Assembly (NCBI GenBank): GCA_002269645.1
Contig: NIVC01000471.1
Coordinates: 124,001-188,000 of the forward strand
Source: Macrostomum lignano
Taxonomy: Eukaryota
DNA length: 64,000 nucleotides
Direction: 5' to 3'
Shown: in pieces, positions 1 through 11,429 of the stretch
Position numbering within the stretch: position 1 is the first letter of the stretch
Layout: every line of letters begins with the position of its first letter
Notes under the pieces: model-generated
Seen by the model: the letters and a program-made list of their open reading frames with translations, nothing else
What the model was told of the DNA's origin: nothing
The model's database searches: none
Position numbers and translations under genes: made by a program

Positions 1-1180
1 AAATACTTGAAAAAAGATCACTATAGTTGATTTTTAAATTACATAAAAAATCACATAAAAATTTTTCGATTTAATAACTATGGGCGAAGTGGTTTTCTTT
101 CTTTTTTGTTTCCCTACTATAATTCTTACGACCAATTTCTTGATATAATGTGGTAGGCGCGGGCACGGCCTCCCACTGCGCGTAATCCACCGGCTGGATG
201 ACTCAATGAACCGTCATTCCCGGCGTGGAAATCTGTGACACTCAATGTAACTTTCCTTCCCACCCCCTGGCTAAGTTTTGTTTTTCCGTGCTTTTCCCTG
301 GGGTCCACCCGGTGCTATTTTCGTCACCACCCGGTGTACCCGATCTTTTCCATTGCGTGTAACTCTCTTCCCACCCGGGGTAACCCGCTTCCTCCCGGTG
401 GTTCCTGAGAGCCTAATTTAAGAGTCTGCGCCCCGCCTTTCCCAGCCAGACTCTCGTGACCTTTGCCCGAACTCCTGAGGATTCAGTATACCCTACTCAG
501 ACCATTACGAGAGGCCCCATATTTTGTAAGCCCAACCTCCCGACCCGACCAGCTCCTCGCCTTTTCAATTTAACAGTTTGACAGCAACATGTAAGTTTTA
601 ATCATTGCTTATAGTGCGTGCAACCTAAGTTTTAATAATAATCTAGTTATCCAGCTTCGGCCATTATTTATTCTCGGCCTGACTTTATTGTGTGTGAAAC
701 GGTGTCTTAGCCTTCGTGACCTCGGAAGCACTCTATTTAGACCTTAGAGGTCTACTGAGAAGCGCTAGAGCAAACTCAAGCTAGTTTCAAGCTTTAGAGC
801 TTTCCCGCGTACAATCGCGGTGGTGGCAGCGACTTTTAGTAATCACTCTCGACGAATTAGCTTATTTTGAAGTGCCCCTATTCGGCTACAAATCTCTGCA
901 TTCGGCATTCTGAACGTCGGCAACACTAGACCGCTCAGCCGCGACCACAGCTACCCTCCCCCTGAGCCTGAGGAACTCAGCAGCGGAGCTCCCTGTCATC
1001 TACAAGCCGGAATCTTCGTTAAGTTTGTTTGAAACGACAAAGCGCACCGATTCGAACGGACGAGAACGAACGAATTTCAACCTACCGACTACAACCAGTT
1101 TTTCAAACCCCCCGACCTCAATAACAATATTTTATTTTTAGTTCAACCACTTTAACCTAAGAGTTTTTTCATCACAAAAG

Positions 1181-4100
1181 ATGTCAATCCAGAATCTTCA
1201 GCGATATGGTAAGCTTTGACTTTTGGTTATTTTGATTATTTTACTATTTCTATTTTTGTACTTGCCAAAACAAAGTGTCAATTTAATTGGGCTGTGTGAG
1301 CTTAAGCCTAGTGATAGGAGAAATTAGGCCCCCCTACATTATTGACAATTTGACTGCAAAAAAATTGTTTTAAAAGTATTTCTTGTGGCCATTTAGTCAT
1401 TGCAAGCGATGATCAGGGACAATCAGTTGAAACTTAATAAGATAAGGTTTGTAACAACTTCACAGATATAATTTAAAAATCAATTTAAAACTAAATAATT
1501 ATAAATAAACTGAACAATTTTATGCTGTTAAATGTGTCTTCCATCACAATAAATGCATTTTGGCATGCATTTAGGGGGAAAATAATTAGCATGATAACAT
1601 GCACTTCTTTATAGCCCATTACACTAGGCCTATTATATTATCATTAGCTGTCTTTTGCCTTATATTTTTTATTCCAGACTCTGGAAGGTTAAGCCTACAT
1701 GTGTGCCAGAAATTTCTAATATACAAATGAGCTCTTTCAAAGTTGGCATATAATTTAACATGTAAACTTATACCAATTTTGGTATAAAATATTTTTTGTT
1801 TAAAAATAAATGGCAGTGACCATAGTCTATTTGTCCGGTACTGGATAAATAAAAGTGAAGTTATTTGTCTGGCACAGTATGGACGTGGATATATAATAAA
1901 AACTTATAAAATATAGGGAATACTCAAAAAAGTAGTATAGGCCCCTATAGTTCACTTTTAGGCTAGAAGTAGAAAATATTTGTTATGATTAGATAGTGCT
2001 ATTTATCAGATCAGATCACAATTGGCAAAACCCCCCAAAGGCCAAAGGCAAAATACCAAAAGTTTTATATAATTTTACTTCATTATATTTTGTTCTATAC
2101 ATATTGGTATATTGTGGTTTCATAGTAAATAGTAGTCATAGTACAATCAAAATCAATAACAACATTTGCTGCTATATAATACAAACACCAAAGTAAGGAC
2201 TTAAAGTTATTACAATAACACTTGGAGTTGTTACAATAAAAAAATGGAGTCATCACTACAGATTCAAACTTAGTACTAACTGATCATTAGGAAGACACTC
2301 TAACATTACACTAGTATACCTTGCTAGAAAAGATGTGCAGAGTGGGATATAAATTCATGCAGCTCAGCTGGTACTGGACAAATAACTTCACTTTTATTTA
2401 TCTGGTACCAAACAAATAATAGTTACGTTATTCATCTGATACTGGACAAATAGTAACTGCCAAAAAATATATTCATATTAGGCTTACTTTTCTTAGAAAA
2501 CTTAGCTTGAAAAAATAAATGAACTTTAATAAGAACAAATTTTAATATATATTCAAAGGAATTATTCTATTTTTGTATATACTGGTATAAAGTTAAATAT
2601 ATATTATAATAGATTTTTTGTTCCTATATAGTATACCTACTATATAATTTAGACCTTAGGTTTTATTGCTTTTTAAGTCTTGATATGGCTAATAGTAGGT
2701 ATAGGCTTATCCTTGTCATTATTATATTTATTTGAAACTTTACTAAATCCTACATTAAAAAACTTAAAACTAAGCAAAAATTGACTTAATTTTGAGATAA
2801 TTTAAGATTTTGGCCTAATTATAAATAAGAAATGGAATAAGAATAAGAATATTACAAGATAATTAAATCCCTATGTTTAAATAATGACTTCTATCCCAAT
2901 TACTCGTAGTCTTTTCTTAAATGTCCTAAATGCCTTTATCTTTCCTTCTTGACCTTCTAGTGTTCCGCCATACCTACAGCTATAGTTACGGGATCTTATG
3001 GCAAATATGGTGAAATAGGTGGCCTATGGCAATTATGGATATGCCTGCAGTAGATAGCTACTCTTATGGCTATGACTACAGAAATATAGTAGTTGTTGTC
3101 ACATTCCATAGATTCTTGTAGCCGTAATTACTAATTAAAAAATAATAAATAATTGGAACAGGTAGAGTAAACAAAAATTACTTTAGTAAACTTTATTATA
3201 TACTTAGAAACTTATAGATTATACTTAATAAAGTACACCAGCAAACTCTAACTTTTAACACTCTGAAAAGTTCAACATTAGTACTTTCAGTAGTGATTAA
3301 GTATTGTTACTCTTTGTAAAAAAGATAAAGTATTATAATCTTTCAAAGGCAATCAAGTGTTTGTTTTTTTTCTACCTGAATTTGTAGTTGTTTAAGTACT
3401 AGGTTGTCTTGATTCAAAATATTTTGTTTCCTAGACTTTTTGTTACAGGAATATGGTAATATTGGGGTCCCTATAGCAGCTATAGAATACAGGGAATTGG
3501 AATAAGCTGTAGTTTTGCTTACAGCTATGGCTATGGCACTTGGACCCCCTTATGGCAGAACACTACTTCATTCTTCTATTTTATTATTCTTATATAGAGA
3601 TAACCCATAGTGATGATTCATAAGACTTTTATGCTAGGTCTATATTAAAAATTAGTTTAATTGACAACTATAATTCAAATCTTTGCAAGTAAGTAAGTTA
3701 GGTTAATCTAATATCTGTAATCCAATTTTTATTCAATCAAAATTTGAATCTCAAGGAAGAAAAATACTTGAAATATGGAACAAGTATCTGGTATACCTCT
3801 AGACAAAAAATGAACTAAAAGACAACGTGTACATGTGTAAATCTACAAGTTACATTTAACTTTATCTTATTAGGTCATAGTTTGTTTGTGCAATCCCCTA
3901 AAACATAGTCATTGTAAGTAGTCTAAGTGACAAATTAAGCATTCTTTATGCTTTGCTTTATCCTATTAGTAGCATCAATTTATATGACCCATATGTTCTG
4001 TCAATTATATTTTTAACATTGTTATAACCCTGTTATTCTTATTGAAATTTAATACTTAAACTTTGAAAAGACAGTCAGGTGTGAATGAAAGAATGCTAGG

Positions 4101-4454
4101 GCTTTCATCAATTCCTGGAACAATAAAAAACTGAACTATAACTTTCTCTACACCTTTTTAGACCCATTTGCGGACGAGGGCAACGCCTCAAACGAGAGCG
4201 ACATTCATATCCGGATCCAACAGAGGAATGGCAAAAAGACCCTGACCACTGTGCAAGGCATTGACGAGAAATATGACAAAAGAAAGATCTTGAAGTATTG
4301 TAAGAAAGAATTTGCGTGTAATGGCACCGTTGTGAGCAGAGAAGAATATGGAGAAGTGATTCAGATGCAGGGCGATCAGAGAGAAAGGATTGCCGATTGG
4401 CTCATTCGCAACAAAATTGCCGACAAAGAAAAAATTAAAGTGCACGGTTTCTGA
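1181..4454 (+). CDS. EIF1: Eukaryotic translation initiation factor 1 (SUI1), 106 aa; join(1181..1208,4162..4454)
   Basis: Exon 1 reads MSIQNLQRY+G|gtaagc; the intron ends ttttag. Exon 2 reads DPFADEGNASNESDIHIRIQQRNGKKTLTTVQG...CKKEFACNGTVV...QGDQRE...KVHGF*. These are the hallmark SUI1 motifs and the phases match. Confidence 0.96.
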
Positions 4455-5519
4455 ATGATCTGCTTACAGGCTTTATGATTCTGGAGCTGCGACTTTTGGT
4501 TCGAGTTGAATCGTCAAATCTAATGAAGGGTTTTGAAGTCTCATCACTTGGTGAATCTGGGGGTCAGTTGTCAAAAGTACAAATGCTATATTGATACTTT
4601 AAAATGTTTTCCCACAAGACTTGTGAGAACCGCTTTGCTCTGTGTGTTGTTTTCAGTTGAAGTGTTTTGACGCTAAAAGCTCTCTATATTTTACTCCAGC
4701 TTGTAAAGTTTTTGTCTTTAAGTTTCAAATTCGTGTAGGAAATAAACTTCTGTTTGAAAAAGTAGCCAAACCAGTATATCATCATCAATGCTGGATAAGA
4801 AAGTTGGTGCAGTTCGATGTCATAGAAAATAACATTAGTGATCTTAATTGTGTTTTTTGTGTCCAATATAATATTCACGAGATTGATTTTGTGCAAACTT
4901 TCTAATCTAGCATTGAAGATGGAATAGAGGTTGCTCTTGGGAAAAACTGCTTAGCAACAGTGTGGCACTCATTCATATTAACTTAGCCTAATACTTACTG
5001 TGTCTATCACTATTATTCACTTTTATTTATTGTTATTACCTATCCAGCGGGGTTTTGAAACTTTTTGAAAACAACCAATTTGAATATTTATGTTTCAAAT
5101 GTTTGGCAGGCATAAGTGTATTCTATTTTTGGAATTAATTGGTTGTTTATGTCAGAATCTGCTCGCTCGTCAGTAGAAAAGACATCTATTCTATTCTATT
5201 ATTAATATTTGTCACCAATGTTAAATATATATTGACAAACTGACCCTTAATTGTTGGCGGGGAGATGCTATTAAAACCTGCTTCAAATGGTGTTTTGTTA
5301 AAGATGCATTTGTTGTTTTCAAATTTCAATTTGTGTGAGCAACCCAGTATTTATGAAAAGTTATTAGATAGCTTGACACACTTCTGACTCGTCACATCGT
5401 ATATTAAAGCCGGCTGGTTGTTAGGAATATTGAGAGCATGATCTATAATAAATAATAATTGATTACACCTGCCCTAAGATGCGACAGCTATTGCGCGGCG
5501 CATCTGAAGGCTGGGAGGG

Positions 5520-5690
5520 CTGTTCAGTCCAAGGACTGGGGGGTCGCCACCCACACCCTCAATTACCCCAGCTAATGCTGGCACCCATTTTAAAGCTGGG
5601 TGAACTGAAGCAACGCAGAGTTAAGTGTCAATTGCTCAAGGACAAAATATTGTTTTGCAGTGGGATCGAGACTCGAGAAGTTCGAGACAA
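5520..5690 (+). mobile_element. Possible SINE/LINE-tail fragment
   Basis: CCCATTTTAAAGCTGGGTGAACTGAAGCAAC...AAGTGTCAATTGCTCAAGGACA...GGGATCGA resembles a widespread invertebrate short retroposon core. Recognised from memory only. Confidence 0.35.
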
Positions 5691-6107
5691 AGATAGATAT
5701 AATTGCTTTAATGCGCGTATCTACTGCATTGGAATTCCACCATTGTTCCGGAAGTGAACCGTCTGAACAATCTCTGCGGTACTGATAGATCGTCTTACTT
5801 GCAGTAGTATAAGTGGTGAGCGTGTCCCCAGCAGCCCACTCCTAGCTGCTCGACATGCATAATTTTGGTGCGTTTTGTATTCAAGTCCTCGAAAGTTTAG
5901 GTAGCAAAAAAGTAGCCGAAAATCTTTAGGCGCAATACGCTGGTAGTTTCATTACCAGTGATTTAGGTTGCTGAAAATATATCTCAGCCTGAAGATCATA
6001 CACTGCAGGCGCGTCGCCACCGGGGGGGGGGGGGCATGCCAATGCTTTGTCCCCCACCCCAGCCTTGTGAGTCGTTGTGGTAGTCAGTAATTTTTCTTCA
6101 GGGCGAT

Positions 6108-6645
6108 AAAATGAGTGCCTGTGGCGCTAAAATGAGTGCCTGTGGCGTAAAATGAGTGCCTGTGGCGCTAAAATGAGTGCCTGTGGCGCTAAAATGAGTG
6201 CCTGTGGCGCTAAAATGAGTGCCTGCGGCGCTAAAATGAGTGCCTGTGGCGCTAAAATGAGTGCCTGTGGCGCTAAAATGAGTGTCTGCGGCGCTAAAAC
6301 GAATGCCTGTGGCGCTAAAATGAGTGCCTGCGGCGCTAAAACGAATGCCTGTGGCGCTAAAATGAGTGCCTGCGGCGCTAAAACGAATGCCTGTGGCGCT
6401 AAAATGAGTGCCTGTGGCGCTAAAACGAGTGCCTGTGGCGCTAAAATGAGTGCCTGTGGCGCTAAAACGAGTGCCTGTGGCGCTAAAATGAGTGCATGCG
6501 GCGCTAAAACGAATGCCTGTGGCGCTAAAATGAGTGCCTGTGGCGCTAAAACGAGTGCCTGGTGGCGCTAAAATGAGTGCCTGCGGCGCTAAAACGAATG
6601 CCTGTGGCGCTAAAATGAGTGCCTGTGGCGTAAAAATGAGTGCCA
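6108..6645. repeat. 21-bp minisatellite (AAAATGAGTGCCTGTGGCGCT)n
   Basis: Direct tandem repeat; explains the MSACGAK ORFs. Confidence 0.95.
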
Positions 6646-7528
6646 AAATTTAGTCATGTACATGTACAATTACATGTTGGATTCCTGGCCTTGTCCCACC
6701 ATAAAATCCATAGCGACGCCCCTGATCATACATACAGATCATACATGCACTCTTTTCTATATCTGGTTTCTAGTTCTGGTTTAAAAGTACAGAACTGGAA
6801 AACGCCAAAGCCAACGCAAAACATGAACTCGTGTGATCTTGTAAGATTCTGTTAACGCAGTGTTCCTAAAGGTCCTTGCCTCGGACACAAAGGTCAACTG
6901 CCTCCCTTCGATGCCTAGCTGCTGCTCGAGCCGGCAGCTCCACGGAGTCCACGTGAGGGCATCAGTTGGATTGCTGAGCGCTGCAGATGACGGAGTCTTA
7001 AATTCTGGCGCTCGTCTGCACTGAGAACTCTGTAGCGAACCTCAACTTGTTGCGAGCCAGAATTCCTGAGAGCTCTGGAGCCTCTGGTCTACACGACTTG
7101 CTGCTGGAACACACGTATTTTGCGACCCTTACTGATTACTATCAAAAGCACTAATTCCACGTATGATAGCGTTTTTTGTCAAAAGTGTCGTTTTAACAAG
7201 TTAATATGACTGGCGCTTTTAAACATAAAAATTTCTAGATCGATTTCAACAATTTGAATCTAAAGTTAACCCTCCCGTTTAAATAAAATATAATAACTAA
7301 TTTGTTTTAAATTAATCAAAAACTCTGCCTTTAACTGATAGTTATTGGGCTATTTAAATCCCAATTGAATTCGCTGTGAATCACCTTTTTACAGCTTTCC
7401 TATACCTTTATCAACCTAATTAACTATTGCATCCAATCATTAATTACTAGTGAAACTGCCTCGCATTTCGGATTCTAACAGTTTATTTCTGACTGCTTAT
7501 GAATATTACTCAAAAATATATGTGCTGG

Positions 7529-7835
7529 CATCCCTGGTGCTGGCGCCCCTGGTGCTGGTGCCCCTGGTGCTGGTGCCCCTGGTGCTGGTGCCCCTGGTGC
7601 TGGTGCCCCTGGTGCTGGCGCCCCTGGTGCTGGCGCCCCTGGTGCTGGCGCCCCTGGTGCTGGCGCCCCTGGTGCTGGCGCCCCTGGTGCTGGCGCCCCT
7701 GGTGCTGGCGCCCCTGGTGCTGGCGCCCCTGGTGCTGGCGCCACTGGTGCTGGCGCCCCTGGTGCTGGCGCCCCTGGTGCTGGCGCCCCTGGTGCTGGCG
7801 CCCCTGGTGCTGGCGCCCCTGGTGCTGGCGCCCCT
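7529..7835. repeat. 15-bp minisatellite (CCCCTGGTGCTGGCG)n
   Basis: Direct tandem repeat; explains the GAPAP/LAPLV ORFs. Confidence 0.95.
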
Positions 7836-8675
7836 GTTGTTGTCAAGCGAGGGTGCCCAGCCATAGCAGTGCTAAGCGCCCAGCCCTAACTGCGGGCTCT
7901 GCCGCTGAAATAATGTGGCGGGTATACTAGCCTCGGGGCCCCATCTGAAGTTAGGATCCCCCATTTTTTTAGAACAAGCTTGGGCTGCATCACAAGATAG
8001 CAGGATTTTGGAGAGGCCGCGGGGTGAGTCTTAGGGCAACACATTAGCCTTGCAAGATATTAGCCCCCCCCCCCCCGGTCCTTAAGACTGAACAGCCAGC
8101 GTATGCAGCCTTCAGAATTCAGATGCGCCGCTCAAAAGCTGCGGCTGAGCTGTCGCGGCTGCACCTCTACCATTAGGGCAGGTATGTAATCAATGGTTAG
8201 TTATGGTGCATATTTGTAGTATTGGGATGATTGCATTAAAGTGACTTCTGCTCAATCGACGAATCGACAGATCCGTAAAAGTACGACCGCTTAGAAACGC
8301 TCTCTAGTCTGCCCAACAAAACTTCGCAGCAAACGCCTGCTAGCTTGCACTGAAGAAGCATAATTAATAGCTGCTGAAGCTGCTGCCACGACCTTCCCTG
8401 GCGTTCATTTGATTTGGAGTGGAAAAAACGGTCGGAAATGGATTCAAATTCCACACCATTCTGACACATGCAGTAGCAACGTCTGCGCCAATTACTGCAC
8501 ACTTCTGACTTGAAGAAATGCATTTCAGAAAAACAAGCTGCACTAAAGATAAATTGTTTTGCTAGCATCCCTGGGAACCCTGCATGAAATCCTATCGCTT
8601 TCCCTGTTCACATTGTCAGTTCCAACAGAGTTACGGGCGCATGTTGAACTGCAGCGCCGTCGAGCCCTCTCACAG

Positions 8676-9836
8676 AATGAACCGCGCCGGTTTCAACGCC
8701 AAGAACGCTAAAGTCCAAGCTGCCATGGCCGCCGCTTTTTGTGACATGGCTCGGTTTCTGTTAGAGAATGAAAACTGGCAGCTTCTCCGATGGCTGGGGC
8801 AGCAACCTGAGCAGGCTGGACTTACAACTCAGGGCTAATGACGATCGACCTTCCAAACCCAGTTGCTAGCGACCCAGCTGGTCTAACCTCCAGTGTGCAC
8901 GAGGATGGGCACTTTCCAAAGTTAATTTTTACCTTTTTATTGCCCTGCTACCTACATGCAGGCGATGTGGTTGATTTTATATGTAACTGTACATGCGAAT
9001 TAGCGAGAAGTTTATCGAATTACGGGTACATTTCCATTAAATTCAGTCAGCAAAGCAGATCCAACAAGAAACGCCTTGCGACACTTGCGATCCTTGATCC
9101 TTGTCTAGTGTTTTTGTCGTTGACTGAACTCTTTTATTTCAGTTTCGGCACCCAACTTTGCGCTGCGAAAATCGGACACCTGGACATGGTCTCGGCCTTC
9201 GACTTGATTTTCGCCCTCGACTGCAGCTGCTACCCCCGCATTGATCTGCTGCTAGATGGCTTCACAAACCGCAGAGGCCAGGCGTCCCAGATGCCTCAGC
9301 ACATCATCCGGCTACTCAAAGACGAGGCACTCGGCGACTCGCCCAGATGCCACGCAGTCCCAGCGTCACCCCCGGGACATGACGGAGAGTTCCTGAGGTG
9401 AGCACAACCCTGCTGGAGAGAGCCGTCATCCACAGCCTCACCAGCCGAGCAGGGCCAGTTCTTCATCATTCTCAAGTTCCTCATCAAAAAGGTGAGCGGT
9501 CTGAAGACGTACATGGCCAAGAACCTGCTGTTCTAAATGCTCGACGAGACGCCGGAAGAAGACTGGAAGCCGGAGAACTTGCTGCAACTCGTGCGGCGGT
9601 CGCTACAGCTGCTCGTAGAGATGATGGAGGGCTCAGACTCTGATAACGTGTGCATGAAGCACTTCTTCCTGCGTGATGCCAACGTGTACTTGAGAAAAGA
9701 CCACAACCCCAAGCAGGCTATCGTGACTGCGGTCGAGAAGGCTACAGAAGAACTACAGAAGAGTTTAAACAGTTTTTCTAAGTTGCTGTCGAGAACGCAT
9801 GTAAAGTACGTTCAGTTTGATGCCTTCTTCTTTTAA
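8676..9836 (+). pseudogene. Mab-21/cGAS-like (cGLR) nucleotidyltransferase, disrupted
   Basis: Across frameshifts it reads TGSFSDGWGSNL (8774-), D-I-D-L (8840-8852), FDLIFALDCSCYP, RCHAVP...GEF, STTLLERAVIHSLT, FFIILKFLIKK and LKTYMAKNLLF*MLDETPEEDWKPENLLQLV...MKHFFLRDANVY. These match the Mab-21 NTase core and C-terminal helical domain. Probable intron 8921..9142. About four frameshifts plus a TAA at 9534. Confidence 0.75.
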
Positions 9837-10886
9837 ATCTTCATCGAAGAATTCCAGTCTGTTCGAGATAAAAAACATGCCCTAAATATTTATGAAGCTT
9901 TCTCAACTACAAGGGCTGCTAATCTCACTCGCCTTGATGCCAGCTCTCAGAGCATTGATGACGAGCTCAAAGATGTGCTCGATAAGGTTTCCAGCATCGG
10001 ACTGTCTTCAGCGGGTCGCTCCGCTCGGCTTGGCTGTTCGCGATGGAAAAATTTGTGGGTGCGAGCTGGAAGAGCGAGTTCGTCTGATCGCCAGGTTCAT
10101 CGCCCAGACCGAAAGGGGCCGCTTGCCGTCTTTCCGAGTCTTCAGAAAAGCCATTTGCCATTTCTCGCCAGATGTGCCTCTTCTAATTGGTCTTGACATG
10201 AATGTAAGTTCAGCCACTTCATTTTCTTTGCTTTTTGCTTTCCCAGTCACTTCGTGCCTTCTGTAAGTATAATTAAAGTTGACCATTGCCGCACCTTTTC
10301 GTATCAATTTAGCACGAGGAATCCCAGAAAGTACTACGAGAGCTCTACGATAGAGTATCTTCCATATTTAAAAAGGCGCGGTTCGACGTGATCAAGGAGG
10401 CGTGCTGCTGCAATTGTTGTTGTCATTTTCTCTGAGGACCGGCTTATTGAATAGTGCGCTTAGTGAGGAGGCACTTTCGGAAGAAGTTTCACAGCTTCAC
10501 AAAAATTTCATATCACTTAAAAGTTTCCTCCTTCTTATGAAACCCTTATGTCGGCTTAGCACCACCCCCGTTGCCTGCTGCAGCACCCCCTTTCCCGCCG
10601 GCTTCTCTCTGTCGCGACTTTCTTAGTCATATCTTCAGTTCATCCGCACTTGTCTCTGTTTACTCTGTTTTCTCCCTCTTGGTCCAGTTCAGTCTGGACC
10701 ACTTTTATCCCTTTCCCTCGCTGCTTTCTGATTGGCTCTTCAACCTCGCCTCTTTTTTATAGTCGCCGAGTTTCACACCCTCATTTTATTATCTTCACTC
10801 CCCCTAGTTTAATGTCTTAAATATATTCGCTTTGGGCCCTGTGCCACACTTACTGTTCTCTTTCAATTCCAATTGCAACTGGCTCT

Positions 10887-11383
10887 AAGAGGATGTGAAC
10901 TTAAGCGCGATTTGGAAGCCGTGAGTCCAGCAACCAAACCGCTGCGAAATTCTCACTCAGACCCAAAATAGACAAGAAAAGCGTAATTAATCTTTCTTCC
11001 ACCCCGGCCGCTTCCGCATGGGATAAATGGGGAAAATTGGGGATTTCATGTGAACTTAAGGCTCTGAAATGGAAGCGGTGGCCGATTGACCCGGTTTCTC
11101 TATCGGATCTCAACATGGTTTTCAACAATTCTACTCTCATTGTCGGTCCAGTAGAGAGCTCCGATAGAGAAACCGGGTCAATCGGCCACCGCTTCCATTT
11201 CAGAGCCTTAAGTTCACATGAAATCCCCAATTTTCCCCATTTATCCCATGCGGAAGCGGCCGGGGTGGAAGAAAGATTAATTACGCTTTTCTTGTCTATT
11301 TTGGGTCTGAATAGTGAGAATTTCGCAGCGGTTTGGTTGCTGGACTCACGGCTTCCAAATCGCGCTTAAGTTCACATCCTCTT
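10887..11383. mobile_element. Foldback / long inverted repeat (about 221-bp arms, 52-bp spacer)
   Basis: 10887..11107 is the reverse complement of 11160..11383 apart from a 3-bp indel. The ORF track shows mirror ORFs 10901..11230(-) and 11037..11369(+). Confidence 0.9.
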
Positions 11384-11429
11384 TTTCTCTGCTCTCTAAT
11401 TATATATTTACTGTCCACTGGCTGCTGCC

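Noticed and set aside
811-835. TGGTGGCAGCG at 821, resembling a tRNA-Leu primer-binding site
   Set aside because: It is not adjacent to a clear LTR end and no gag/pol follows; the region may simply be eIF1 upstream sequence.
7475-7930. Collagen/elastin-like GAPAP and Cys-Trp-rich ORFs
   Set aside because: They are products of a 15-bp repeat, with no splice or domain support.
9892-10307. Overlapping short ORFs after the Mab-21 relic
   Set aside because: No recognisable motif in any frame.
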